Shown here: piece after piece, positions 8,305 to 18,334 of the stretch
Layout of the letters: every line of letters starts with the position of its first letter
Position numbering within the stretch: the stretch's first letter is position 1
Source of the DNA: Candidatus Nanopelagicales bacterium
GTDB lineage: Bacteria; Actinomycetota; Actinomycetes; S36-B12
Direction: 5' to 3'
Length of the DNA stretch: 64,000 bases
Assembly (NCBI GenBank): GCA_040399625.1
Contig: JBBARV010000002.1
Span: 13,432-77,431, forward strand
Notes under the pieces: model-generated
Told to the model about the DNA's origin: nothing
The model's input: the letters and a program-made list of their open reading frames with translations, nothing else
Databases searched by the model: none
Position numbers and translations under genes: made by a program

Positions 8305-9146
8305 AGCCGGCACGCGTGGATATTGGTGACCAGAATTCCCTTTGCACCAAGTGCGTAAAGTTCATCCATGATTCGATGAACGTCGGCGCTGAGAACCATG
8401 GAACGAACTGCCGACCATTTTGGATCTTGCAATGGAGAAACCGTTGGTGATTCAATCCCTGGCGTAATCTGACACGCTTGCGCTAACCGTTCATTAAGGA
8501 TGTCGTAATCGACTAATACGTAGGATCGAGCAACATTTACACTGTGCAATCTGCGCTCAAACGTGTCCTGAGCTTGGGTCTTCTCCAAGTTTGCCGGTCG
8601 AATCAGAATAGCTTCTGACTCCAAAATTGAATCTCCGATAACTACAAGGCCAGCAGCCCGCAAAGTTGCACCTGTTGCGACAACGTCCGCCACCGCGTCA
8701 GCGACGCCGAGTGCCACCGCATTTTCGACGGCGCCATCCAAGCGGACGATGTGTGCCTGAATGGAATGAGTTGCCAACCAAGATTTCAACAGACCCTCGT
8801 AGGAGGTAGCAATTCTTTTGCCATTGAGCTCTGCATGTGTATTTGCAGTCCCGCTGGGCACGGCAACTCGAAAAGTTGATGGAGCAAACCCGAGCTGCAT
8901 GATTTCTTCAGCTGGAGCTCCACTGTCCAGCAGCATGTCACGTCCCGTTATCCCAAGGTCAATTGTTCCGGCGCCGACATAAACTGCGACATCTTTTGGA
9001 CGAAGGAAAAAGAACTCAACGTCGTTAGCCACGTCAGTTACGACGAGCGCCCTCGGATTGGTCGAAACCAGATAGCCCGCTTCGTTAAGAAGCGCCGCAG
9101 CAGGCTGCGCTAATTGACCTTTATTGGGGAGTGCGATGCGCAGCAC
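8301..9146 (-). CDS. hisG: ATP phosphoribosyltransferase (long form)
   Basis: MLRIALPNKG, LRPKDVAVYV, DLGITG, C-terminal regulatory domain PGIESPTVSPL. Confidence 0.97.
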   Translation of the reverse strand: MLRIALPNKGQLAQPAAALLNEAGYLVSTNPRALVVTDVANDVEFFFLRPKDVAVYVGAGTIDLGITGRDMLLDSGAPAEEIMQLGFAPSTFRVAVPSGTANTHAELNGKRIATSYEGLLKSWLATHSIQAHIVRLDGAVENAVALGVADAVADVVATGATLRAAGLVVIGDSILESEAILIRPANLEKTQAQDTFERRLHSVNVARSYVLVDYDILNERLAQACQITPGIESPTVSPLQDPKWSAVRSMVLSADVHRIMDELYALGAKGILVTNIHACRL

Positions 9147-9173
9147 GGCCGATCCTTTCCATTAATGAAATTG

Positions 9174-9452
9174 CTATAAATTTTTGTAGACGTCCTGCAT
9201 GCTCAAATCGTGAGTATGCATCAACAATTGAATGTGATAGATCAACTGAGAAATTTCTAGCGCGAGGGCTTCTTTCCCTTGGTACTCGGCGGCCATCCAT
9301 ACTTCGGCCGCCTCTTCCACGACTTTTTTACCAATCGCGTGGGTGCCAGCCTGCACGAGACGAACTGATCCAGACTCGGTGTCACCGGCGGCAATTTTTT
9401 CAGACAGCTCGAGATAAAGTTCTTCGAAAGTCTTTCCCGGTTGAGTTGACAT
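9174..9452 (-). CDS. hisE: Phosphoribosyl-ATP diphosphatase
   Basis: KTFEEL...IGKKVVEEAAEVWMAAE...EISQLIYH. Confidence 0.96.
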   Translation of the reverse strand: MSTQPGKTFEELYLELSEKIAAGDTESGSVRLVQAGTHAIGKKVVEEAAEVWMAAEYQGKEALALEISQLIYHIQLLMHTHDLSMQDVYKNL

Positions 9453-9464
9453 CACCCTTCCAGC

Positions 9465-9971
9465 CTAGCGAAACCCGGTTGGTATTACTTTCCCCGCTAG
9501 GCCGAACCCACCTTTAACAAGGAGTGCCATGGCGAGTGCGGCTTCCACCGCTTCATTGCCTTTGTCCTCACGTGAATCAGCGAGACCGGCGCGGTCGAGG
9601 GCTTGTTCTTCGTTGTCGACGGTCAGCAGCCCAAACCCAATCGGCAGGTGTGTATCTAATGCAACTCGAGTAAGACCATGGGTTGCGCCATCACAGACGA
9701 AATCAAAATGGGGTGTTCCACCCCGAATCACAACACCAAGGGCAACTAGAGCATCAAATTTTTCGCTGCGTGCAGCTAGTTGTGCACCCAGAGGCAATTC
9801 AAATGCCCCGGGAACGCGAATCAGTTCGTGGGTTGCGCCGGTCCGCTCGCAAGCGCGGATCGCACCTTCGATCAACCCGTTCATGACAACTTCGTGCCAT
9901 TGGGCTGCGATGACTCCAACTCGAAGCCCTCGTGCATCTAAATCCAATTTTGGGGCATTAGCTCCGCTCAT
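9465..9971 (-). CDS. ribH: 6,7-dimethyl-8-ribityllumazine synthase
   Basis: [29 protein letters not shown]. Confidence 0.97.
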   Translation of the reverse strand: MSGANAPKLDLDARGLRVGVIAAQWHEVVMNGLIEGAIRACERTGATHELIRVPGAFELPLGAQLAARSEKFDALVALGVVIRGGTPHFDFVCDGATHGLTRVALDTHLPIGFGLLTVDNEEQALDRAGLADSREDKGNEAVEAALAMALLVKGGFGLAGKVIPTGFR

Positions 9972-10591
9972 GGATTCTCCTTCACCGGGGCGAAGGCAAG
10001 AATTCGTTCAACGTATTTTGCGAGGGCATCAACTTCGAGATTAACTTCGCTCCCCACAACGATTTCCCCCAAAGTTGTGTCCCTCAATGTCGTTGGGATA
10101 AGTGAAACGCTAAACCAGGGTTGCGTTTCAACAGGTTCGCTAACTTTAACCACCGTCAGTGAAACCCCACTCACGGTGATTGAGCCTTTTTCGACGACAT
10201 AACGCGCAATATTTTGCGGCAAATCAAATGTAATCATTGTCCAGTCTTCACTAGGTTCTATTGAGCGCACAGTGGCCACCGCATCAACGTGGCCTTGAAC
10301 AATGTGACCGCCAAGGCGTCCGGAAAGGGGCATGGCTCGTTCAATATTTACCGAATCGCCTGGATTCAATGCGCCAAGCGCACTGCGTTTGAGGGTCTCT
10401 TCCATCAGGTCGGCCGTGAAACTTTCCTGGTTAAATTCGGTCACCGTTAGACACACACCGTTGACGGCGATAGAGGCACCGATCTGTGCGTCGGACAAAA
10501 CACCCGGGGCCGCAAAGGTTATCCGCGATGAGTCCGAACTGGGTTTAATTGCCAGAACCGAGCCGGTGGTTTCAACTATTCCGGTGAACAT
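9968..10591 (-). CDS. ribE: Riboflavin synthase (alpha-chain type)
   Basis: [34 protein letters not shown]. Confidence 0.97.
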   Translation of the reverse strand: MFTGIVETTGSVLAIKPSSDSSRITFAAPGVLSDAQIGASIAVNGVCLTVTEFNQESFTADLMEETLKRSALGALNPGDSVNIERAMPLSGRLGGHIVQGHVDAVATVRSIEPSEDWTMITFDLPQNIARYVVEKGSITVSGVSLTVVKVSEPVETQPWFSVSLIPTTLRDTTLGEIVVGSEVNLEVDALAKYVERILAFAPVKENP

Positions 10592-10593
10592 AA

Positions 10594-11571
10594 TCACAAT
10601 CCTACCGCTGATTCGAGTTCGCCGACATGGATGAGGTCCGAGCCCAAAGTGAACGTGGCAGTAATCTTTAGCGCTCGCATAAATGGTGACTCGGTGATTA
10701 AGGATCGCGGCCCGGCTCCCAAGGTGATGGGAGCGGTAATGCTGATCACTTCATCGATGCAATCCGCTTGAATAAAAGCCGCTGCTAATGTCGGCCCTCC
10801 TTCTAGCAACACGTGGTTGATTCCCAAATCCGCTAAAGCAAGCAGCGCGACTTTGGGATCACGAGTTGCCAGGTGCAAAAACTCTGCTGGAGCCACATCA
10901 CGCATTCCCATCACTACTTTCAATGGCTGGGAAACTTTTAACGAACCATCAGCTTCCCGGGCACTTAGACTCGGCTGATCAACGATGAATGTTTGAGCGC
11001 CGACTAAAACCGCCCCTACCCGCGATCGCAGATCATGGTTGAAAACCTGCGACTGCTCTCCACTAATTGATGTGCGCTCCCCCGATTTGGCCGCAACGCG
11101 TCCATCAAGGCTTTGGGCAAACTTCCAGGTGACAAAGGGAACGCCGGTTCTCATTCGGTGATTCCACTCCCTATTCACCGACATGGAACGCTCCGCCTCA
11201 ATTTCCCCAACGACTTCGCACTTAGCTGCTTTCAGCACGCCGGCTCCACCACCAGCCTCACCACTTGGGTCAAGTTGGGCAAAAAATACCCGGCGTATTC
11301 CCGCGTCAATAATTGCCTGGGTGCATGGGGGGGTCCGGCCAAAATGACTGCATGGTTCAAGGGAAACGTAGAGGTCCGCATTAGTGGCCCTCTCCCCAGC
11401 AACGGCAAGAGCCTCTACTTCAGCATGCGCGGTTCCGGCCCCGTGGTGGTACCCGGTTCCCACCACGACTCCATCACTTACGCACACGGCACCAACTCGT
11501 GGATTTGATGAATACGGTCCTAGTTCGGCAAGTTCGATCGCCTGCAACATGAACTGTGTTTCGATACTCAC
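10594..11571 (-). CDS. ribD: Bifunctional pyrimidine deaminase/reductase of riboflavin synthesis
   Basis: HAEVEAL, LEPCSHFGRTPPC, KFAQSLDG, LEGGPTL. Confidence 0.96.
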   Translation of the reverse strand: MSIETQFMLQAIELAELGPYSSNPRVGAVCVSDGVVVGTGYHHGAGTAHAEVEALAVAGERATNADLYVSLEPCSHFGRTPPCTQAIIDAGIRRVFFAQLDPSGEAGGGAGVLKAAKCEVVGEIEAERSMSVNREWNHRMRTGVPFVTWKFAQSLDGRVAAKSGERTSISGEQSQVFNHDLRSRVGAVLVGAQTFIVDQPSLSAREADGSLKVSQPLKVVMGMRDVAPAEFLHLATRDPKVALLALADLGINHVLLEGGPTLAAAFIQADCIDEVISITAPITLGAGPRSLITESPFMRALKITATFTLGSDLIHVGELESAVGL

Positions 11572-12213
11572 CTACTTTTCCACCAGCACCTTGAGATCAC
11601 GAACCGCTTGGGCTGGGTCAGGGTTGGAGTAAACACACGATCCAGCGACGAAAACGTTGGCGCCGGCATCTCGACATTCCATGATGGTGCTATGGGACAC
11701 CCCACCATCAACTTCAATCCACATTTCAGCGCCACCGAGTTCACGCGCTCGAGCAACCTTCGGCATCATTTCACTCATAAAGGCTTGTCCACCGAATCCA
11801 GGTTCGACGGTCATGATCAAAATCATGTCAAGATATTCGAGTAGCCCGTCCAGCGAATCAAGGGTGGTGTTCGGTTTAAGAGCGGCCGCGGCCCTCGCCC
11901 CCGTTGATCGGATGTTCTGGCACAGAGTGCGAGGATCCTTTGCCGCCTCAATGTGAAAAGTCACCGAATATGCACCCGCCTCCCCATAAGCAGGGGCCCA
12001 GCGATCAGGATCGTTGATCATCAAGTGAACGTCTGCTCGTAGCGATGTCTGTCCAATTACGCTGGAAACTACCGGTAGCCCAAATGTCAGATTGGGAACA
12101 AAGTGGTTGTCCATGACATCAAGGTGAATGAGATCTGCCACCCCCTCTACTTTGGAGATCTCTTCACTCAACCGGCCCAGATTGCTATTAAGCACACTTG
12201 GTGAGATCAGCAT
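11572..12213 (-). CDS. rpe: Ribulose-phosphate 3-epimerase
   Basis: [30 protein letters not shown]. Start placed at ATG 12213, 6 nt after TAGTCT; GTG 12219 is the alternative. Confidence 0.96.
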   Translation of the reverse strand: MLISPSVLNSNLGRLSEEISKVEGVADLIHLDVMDNHFVPNLTFGLPVVSSVIGQTSLRADVHLMINDPDRWAPAYGEAGAYSVTFHIEAAKDPRTLCQNIRSTGARAAAALKPNTTLDSLDGLLEYLDMILIMTVEPGFGGQAFMSEMMPKVARARELGGAEMWIEVDGGVSHSTIMECRDAGANVFVAGSCVYSNPDPAQAVRDLKVLVEK

Positions 12214-12236
12214 GCGCACAGACTATATCCCGCGTT

Positions 12237-13574
12237 CTAGACCCGGCGTAAAAGTGCGAAGAACATAGCATCGGTGCCGTGCACATGTGGCCAGAGTTGC
12301 ACGTACGGACCATTGCCAAGGTCGCTCACTCCAGGAAATAGGCCTCGGGCATCTTCTTGTTGAATGTCGGTCCGCGACTGCAACACACTGTCAACGACCG
12401 CCCAAGTTTCCTCGAGGTAGGGCGAGCAGGTGACGTAAGCAACAATCCCACCTATGCGAGTTGAGTCAATCGCTGCCAGCAATAACTCCTCCTGCAAACC
12501 GGTAAGCGCCAATGTCTCCCTCTTGGTTTTACGCCAACGAGCCTCCGGTCTGCGACGCAGTGCACCTAGTCCTGAGCAAGGGGCGTCGAGGAGTACTCGG
12601 TCAAAAAATCGGTTGCCCCATGGGCGCTCACGCGCATCCCCAGTGAGCAACTGGGCTGATGTACCCACAATTTTTCTCATCAGTTCCACGCGATGCTGAT
12701 GAAGATCCACAGCGATGAACTCAACACCAACTGGAACGGCATCGCTAATGAGCGCGGCCTTGCCACCGGGCCCTGCACACATGTCAAGCCAGGAGCTTTC
12801 CGCACCGGTCGGCTGGGCGAGAAGAAATGCCTGAGCTACCAACTGGCTGCCTTCATCTTGCACAATGGCGCTTCCATCACGCACCTGCTCCAGTTCCAGC
12901 GGAATCACATCGGTGAGTACGCGAGCCTGCTTACTCCACCGACCAGGGATCGTTCCAACGATCTCTATTTCACCATCGCGGACGGCAATGACGGGATCGG
13001 CTGCCGTGTTGTTGGCCTGCAGCAGTAACGCCAACTCACTCGCAGCGAGCCGATTGTGCACCAGTGATTCCTCAAACGCCTGAACAATCCAATCCTGGTG
13101 AGAGTATCTCTCACCAAGGCTTAATGTTTCAATGTCAAATTCAGATTTAGTAATACAGCGCAGGACCGCGTTGACAAAGCCAACACGAGCTTTAATGTGT
13201 CCAGCATCTTTTCCCTTGACCGAAACCCGCGCCAAAGATGCGCAGGTGTCAACCGCAGCATGATCGGGAACTCGCATTGCATAGATCTGGTGGATTCCCA
13301 AACGCAAAATGTCAATTATCTCAGCCTCAACGGTGACTAGCGCTCGTGAAGAGCACTTTTGCGCCATCGAGTCATAGAGACTCTGGTTTCGTAATACTCC
13401 ATAGGCAAGTTCCACCGTGAATGCGGCATCACGGCCATTGAGTTTGTATTTGCGCAGCACTTGCGGCAATGCCAGGTTTGCGTATGCACCCTCGTCACGA
13501 ACCAGACGCAACAACTCAAGTGCAGCCATGCGTGGTTGGTCACTGCTGGGGTAACTCTTTGTTTCTTCTTCCAT
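12237..13574 (-). CDS. rsmB: 16S rRNA m5C967 methyltransferase RsmB (NusB-like N-terminus)
   Basis: QDEGSQ, DMCAGPGGK, LLDAPCSG, YVTCS. Confidence 0.92.
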   Translation of the reverse strand: MEEETKSYPSSDQPRMAALELLRLVRDEGAYANLALPQVLRKYKLNGRDAAFTVELAYGVLRNQSLYDSMAQKCSSRALVTVEAEIIDILRLGIHQIYAMRVPDHAAVDTCASLARVSVKGKDAGHIKARVGFVNAVLRCITKSEFDIETLSLGERYSHQDWIVQAFEESLVHNRLAASELALLLQANNTAADPVIAVRDGEIEIVGTIPGRWSKQARVLTDVIPLELEQVRDGSAIVQDEGSQLVAQAFLLAQPTGAESSWLDMCAGPGGKAALISDAVPVGVEFIAVDLHQHRVELMRKIVGTSAQLLTGDARERPWGNRFFDRVLLDAPCSGLGALRRRPEARWRKTKRETLALTGLQEELLLAAIDSTRIGGIVAYVTCSPYLEETWAVVDSVLQSRTDIQQEDARGLFPGVSDLGNGPYVQLWPHVHGTDAMFFALLRRV

Positions 13575-14509
13575 TAGAAAAGTCTCACCATTTCTGTACT
13601 CACTCCGCGCAATCCGCGCAACCAGTCTGTCGCTTCCATAAATTTCTTTCCAGCAGGTTTCACTTGCGAGAGTTCGAGTGCGTATGTCGCGCTACCAACA
13701 AAAACACGCTTGTCAACCCATGAAATATCACCTGGCTCAAGGACAACATCTCGATCGACGAGCACTGGAGCAATTGATATTGTGCTGCCATCTTCGCCGT
13801 TATCAATCATGGTCCATGCGCCAGGCGTCGGTGTCATGGCACGGATTCGACGATCAATTTCAATTGCCGGCGAGCGCCATTCAATTCGTGAATCCGCTTT
13901 ACCGATCTTTGGCGCGTAGGTGGCCAGATCATGCTGTTGCGGAATCGCCCTGATCACCCCTGCTTCAAGAGCGTCAAGTGTTTGTCGAAGAAGCAGGGAT
14001 CCCGAGCCTGCCAAGCTGTCCAAGAGCACACCACTCGTATCCCGTGGGTCAATCGCGTGGGTCACTTGGCCAAGGATTGGACCGGTATCCATTCCTTTAT
14101 CTATGCGAAATGTTGTCGCACCCGTGATCGAATCACCGTGCCAAATGCTGTATTGGACCGGGGCCGCTCCACGCCACTGTGGCAACAGCGAGAAATGTAA
14201 ATTGATCCAGCCGTGTTCAGGGATACCTAACATAGTTTCAGGAATCAACTGACCATAGGCAACCACCGGAATTACATCAGGCTTGAGTGCCCGCAAAACT
14301 GAGTCGAGATCGCGCACTGATGCAGGATGCAATACCTCAATTCCATGACTCAAAGCCAATTCGTGCACTGGACTGCGCCGAACATCACGTCCGCGGCCCG
14401 ATTTTGCGGGTGGCTGAGTTAGTACGGCCAGGATTTCATGCTGAGATGAAATCAGGTTTGTCAAAGTCGGAAGTGCAGCTTCCGGAGTTCCAGCGAAAAC
14501 AAATTTCAA
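13574..14509 (-). CDS. fmt: Methionyl-tRNA formyltransferase
   Basis: FAGTPE, VVAYG, INLHFSLLPQWRGAAP, MDTGP. Start set at TTG 14509, right after the def stop. Confidence 0.96.
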   Translation of the reverse strand: MKFVFAGTPEAALPTLTNLISSQHEILAVLTQPPAKSGRGRDVRRSPVHELALSHGIEVLHPASVRDLDSVLRALKPDVIPVVAYGQLIPETMLGIPEHGWINLHFSLLPQWRGAAPVQYSIWHGDSITGATTFRIDKGMDTGPILGQVTHAIDPRDTSGVLLDSLAGSGSLLLRQTLDALEAGVIRAIPQQHDLATYAPKIGKADSRIEWRSPAIEIDRRIRAMTPTPGAWTMIDNGEDGSTISIAPVLVDRDVVLEPGDISWVDKRVFVGSATYALELSQVKPAGKKFMEATDWLRGLRGVSTEMVRLF

Positions 14510-14510
14510 C

Positions 14511-15053
14511 TTACATCCACTTTTGCGAGATTGCGTGCGGGCTCGTTCGGACGACCAGATCGTCACCGAACCAGTCACTTGCTCGAATTTCTTTCATTGC
14601 CTCTTTACGTTCTTCTGATCCAAGCCTGTCGATGAAAATAATGCCGTCGAGGTGATCTGTTTCATGCTGTACACATCTGGCCATGAGATCAGAGCCAATC
14701 AATTCGACCGGTTCGCCATACATATTGAAACCTTTGGCAACCACACTTCGAGACCTAGGTGTGTCAAATGAGAGCCCAGGGAGAGACAAACAACCTTCCT
14801 CGCCCAATTCAGTGTCATCTGAGAGCTTCAGGCTCGGGTTCACGAGGTGACCGAGTTCGTCATCGACCCAGTAGGTGAACACCCGAAGGGAGACCCCTAG
14901 CTGGGGCGCGGCAAGTCCCACTCCCGGTGCGTCCTCCATTGTGTCAATGAGGTCAGCAACCAATTTGTGTAATTCCTTATCAAAGTCCACAACTTCAGCC
15001 GCGGGGGTCCGCAGGACTGGATCGCCAAAGATTCTGATGGGTTGAATTGCCAT
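14511..15053 (-). CDS. def: Peptide deformylase
   Basis: GVGLAAPQ, EGCLS, QHETDHLDG. TAGACT (15065-15060) lies 6 nt before the ATG. Confidence 0.98.
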   Translation of the reverse strand: MAIQPIRIFGDPVLRTPAAEVVDFDKELHKLVADLIDTMEDAPGVGLAAPQLGVSLRVFTYWVDDELGHLVNPSLKLSDDTELGEEGCLSLPGLSFDTPRSRSVVAKGFNMYGEPVELIGSDLMARCVQHETDHLDGIIFIDRLGSEERKEAMKEIRASDWFGDDLVVRTSPHAISQKWM

Positions 15054-15082
15054 GGACTAAGTCTAGGACATGATGCCGGTGG

Positions 15083-17044
15083 CTAGAAATCGCGCGGATC
15101 CATGTGAATCCGCACAAATGAATTCTTAGGGTCAACTGAACGAATGCGCATAGTCTGATCTAACACGCGCGAAAGCACATTGCCATCTGCTCGACGCACC
15201 ATGAGAAACACTGTTGAGGTTTCACCCTCGATGGGTCCCATGAGCCGAGCCGTAACGCTGTCCTGAACCTTCGTGGCGACTGCTAAAACAGCGTCACGCT
15301 CACCCGTAAGCACGGCAACGCGGCTTGAAGGTGGCAGGTTGGCCTGTGAGCGATCCAGGCATTCGCGCCCGGCAAACCATGGACTGTCCCAACGTGCGAC
15401 CGCTTGGGATTCTCTTTGTCCAGGGTCACCGGTCACAACAATCGGTGCACCCACTCTCCCTCTGACCGCAGCCGAGAATGCTCGCCGCACGAGTGACTCA
15501 CTCGTTGTCAATGAAATCGATTGCGCGTACATGTCCAGAACAACAACGGCCGCAAATCCATTTTCCGCATATGGTTCTGCACCTTGAGTTGCAACAACGA
15601 TTCTGGGTTGCGAATCGACGTTTGTCACCACATGTTCCTGCTGCGACCACACAACCGGGGTTCCCGCAAATGCACGTCCAAGTTCCTCTGCTGTTCGCTC
15701 AGCCCCAATTGCTAGGGCCTTAATCTCGGTTCCACCACATCCACAACGCCAGCCGCCCGTGCCGCAACGACAACAGGTCAACTGTTCTCCAGGGAGGCTC
15801 TTGTTCCCCTGCTGGACCGCCCCGCCGCAGGCACAAATGGCGCGTTCACCGCACTCGGTGCACAGAAATGCTGGGATGTACCCTCGGCGACCAACTGAAA
15901 CCAAAATGGGTCCCGACGGCAGTGATTCCTTTATTGCCTGCCAGGCCAATTGAGGTATTCGGGATTGATGTGGGTCGCGCTCCATTGCGGTATCTGTGAG
16001 TGTTCGTACCTGAGAACGCATGGCATCAACGGCCGGCTTGTCTGCCGTGATGCTCTGGCACCACCCCGAATCACACCAGGACTGGGTGGTGACCGAACGC
16101 GAAAATCCACCAACAATGAGCGAACAATTAGACCTGTGGCTGCGCAAAGCAGCGACTTCGCGAGCGTCCCAATAGGGGGCATGACCATCACTGTAGGCAT
16201 CATTGAAGTCATCCCACATGATTATTGCCTTCAGGTTTTCTACTGGAGCGAACACCGCCGATCGAGTCCCAACCACAACCCTTCCGCGCCCTGAATGCAC
16301 TTCCAAGAAATTCCGGTACCTCTCGCCTTGGCCCAAATGCGTTGAGATGATCTCGGCCTCAGGAATGGACGCAACCAAGCGTTCAATTGATGCGGCATCG
16401 GGCACGAGAAGAATGACACCGGCCTGTGGATCGGATTCCTGTATTGAGCCAACCAATTGGGCAATTTCTGTCCACCACAATGACGCGGGAGCACTTGCCC
16501 AGACTGCGCGAACGCATTCGCCGGACTTCAGCTGTCCCAATAGAGCGCTCCCGTGGGTGTAGGACGCCCAGGCATTTAAGTGGGCCACCGGGGTCTGTTT
16601 CTCGATGATGGTTTTCCGGTTTACACCCGCTGCGGACTTGTTGGGGACGGCTGCCCTGACGACATCCCAGAACATACCGACGTACCTGTCAGCAACAGCA
16701 CGCACCAAGTCAAGTGTTTCTGGCGTGAGTGCGGGGCCTATTGCTCGTTCGATGGGAGCCAACTTGGCAAATTCTGACTCGGCTATCCGGTCGATCACAA
16801 TTGCATCGGTTAATTTCCCAGAGAAACGCACTCTTACCCGATCACCGATTCGACATTGAGCCTCAATGGCTGCTGGCACCAGGTAGTCAAAATCGCGGTC
16901 AAGATGTGAGACGGGAACGTTGACCCGCACCCGCGCAACGGGATTTACTTCAGCAATTTCAAGGACTTTGTTACCAACGGGTTTGACCTTTTTACGCGCA
17001 ACAGCAGGATCAGCCAATAGATACAGCTGATCCCCTTTGTCCAT
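15083..17044 (-). CDS. priA: Primosomal protein N' (actinobacterial helicase-degenerate PriA)
   Basis: HLDRDFDY, GDRVRVRF, VVVGTRSAVFAP, Cys-rich region, GAERTAEELGRAF; conserved metK-priA-def-fmt order. Confidence 0.9.
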   Translation of the reverse strand: MDKGDQLYLLADPAVARKKVKPVGNKVLEIAEVNPVARVRVNVPVSHLDRDFDYLVPAAIEAQCRIGDRVRVRFSGKLTDAIVIDRIAESEFAKLAPIERAIGPALTPETLDLVRAVADRYVGMFWDVVRAAVPNKSAAGVNRKTIIEKQTPVAHLNAWASYTHGSALLGQLKSGECVRAVWASAPASLWWTEIAQLVGSIQESDPQAGVILLVPDAASIERLVASIPEAEIISTHLGQGERYRNFLEVHSGRGRVVVGTRSAVFAPVENLKAIIMWDDFNDAYSDGHAPYWDAREVAALRSHRSNCSLIVGGFSRSVTTQSWCDSGWCQSITADKPAVDAMRSQVRTLTDTAMERDPHQSRIPQLAWQAIKESLPSGPILVSVGRRGYIPAFLCTECGERAICACGGAVQQGNKSLPGEQLTCCRCGTGGWRCGCGGTEIKALAIGAERTAEELGRAFAGTPVVWSQQEHVVTNVDSQPRIVVATQGAEPYAENGFAAVVVLDMYAQSISLTTSESLVRRAFSAAVRGRVGAPIVVTGDPGQRESQAVARWDSPWFAGRECLDRSQANLPPSSRVAVLTGERDAVLAVATKVQDSVTARLMGPIEGETSTVFLMVRRADGNVLSRVLDQTMRIRSVDPKNSFVRIHMDPRDF

Positions 17045-17079
17045 TTGCGGCTATTTGATCACTTATGCGAATTACGAAA

Positions 17080-18282
17080 TTAGTTCGATATTGCGGCAGC
17101 TAGTGCGTCAGCGCGATCCACTTGCTCCCAGGTGAACAGTCCACCTTCGGCGGGCCGACCAAAGTGACCGTATGCGGCAGTTGCACGGTAGATCGGTCGC
17201 AAGAGGTCCAAGTCACGAATGATCGCAGCAGGACGTAGATCAAAGACGCTTAAAACAGCCAGCTGAATCTGCTCGTCGGGCACAATCCCCGTGCCAAAAG
17301 TCTCAACAAATACACCCACCGGGTGCGCCTTGCCAATTGCATAGGCAACTTGAACTTCGCAGCGGGTTGCCAGACCTGCAGCAACCACGTTCTTAGCTAC
17401 CCAACGCATTGCATAAGCGGCTGACCGGTCCACTTTTGATGGATCTTTACCGGAAAAGGCACCACCACCATGTCGCGCCATGCCACCGTAGGTATCGACG
17501 ATGATTTTGCGACCGGTAAGGCCAGCATCACCCATGGGTCCACCGACCACGAATTTACCTGTCGGATTCACGAGGAGGCGAACACTCGATGAATCCAAAT
17601 CGATCTTTGCCAAAATAGGATCAACAACGAATTTTTTAATTTCAGGTGATAGTTGGCCATCGAGATCAATACCTTGTGCGTGTTGACTGCTCACCACAAT
17701 TGTTTCAATGCGTAGCGGCTGATCATTTTCGTCGTAGGCAATGGTGACCTGGGTCTTTCCATCGGGACGTAGGTACGCCATCTCTCCGGATTTACGAACG
17801 GCCGAGAGTTGCTGGGCCAGTTTATGGGCCAAGGAGATAGGTAATGGCATGAGTTCTGGGGTATCGGTGCACGCGTAGCCGAACATCAAGCCCTGATCGC
17901 CAGCCCCTTGGCGGTCCAATGGGTCAACACTTCCACCCTCGCGCTCTTCGATTGCATCGTTGACACCTTGGGAAATATCAGGTGATTGTTGACCAATGGA
18001 CACAGATATCCCGCACGAACCACCGTCAAAACCTTTTTCGGAACTGTCGTACCCGATTTCCAGAACAGTGTCTCGAACGAGACCCATAACGTCCGCGAAT
18101 CCTTCGGTCGTCACCTCACCTGCAACATGGACTTGGCCTGTAGTCAGCATGGTCTCCACCGCCACGCGGCTAGCCGGATCTTGTCGCAGTAGATCATCGA
18201 GGATGGCATCGCTGATCTGATCAGCCATCTTGTCTGGATGACCTTCAGTGACAGACTCGGAGGTAAATAAACGATGAGCCAC
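17080..18282 (-). CDS. metK: S-adenosylmethionine synthetase
   Basis: [28 protein letters not shown]. Confidence 0.99.
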   Translation of the reverse strand: MAHRLFTSESVTEGHPDKMADQISDAILDDLLRQDPASRVAVETMLTTGQVHVAGEVTTEGFADVMGLVRDTVLEIGYDSSEKGFDGGSCGISVSIGQQSPDISQGVNDAIEEREGGSVDPLDRQGAGDQGLMFGYACTDTPELMPLPISLAHKLAQQLSAVRKSGEMAYLRPDGKTQVTIAYDENDQPLRIETIVVSSQHAQGIDLDGQLSPEIKKFVVDPILAKIDLDSSSVRLLVNPTGKFVVGGPMGDAGLTGRKIIVDTYGGMARHGGGAFSGKDPSKVDRSAAYAMRWVAKNVVAAGLATRCEVQVAYAIGKAHPVGVFVETFGTGIVPDEQIQLAVLSVFDLRPAAIIRDLDLLRPIYRATAAYGHFGRPAEGGLFTWEQVDRADALAAAISN

Positions 18283-18334
18283 GTGACTCCCCTTCTTCGC
18301 TTGTCAAGAGATGTAATTGAGGGTTTGAGGCAGA

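Noticed and set aside
18283-18334. SAM riboswitch upstream of metK (also checked upstream of cysD)
   Set aside because: The spacers are short (52 and 75 nt) and lack recognisable SAM-I, II, IV or V cores.
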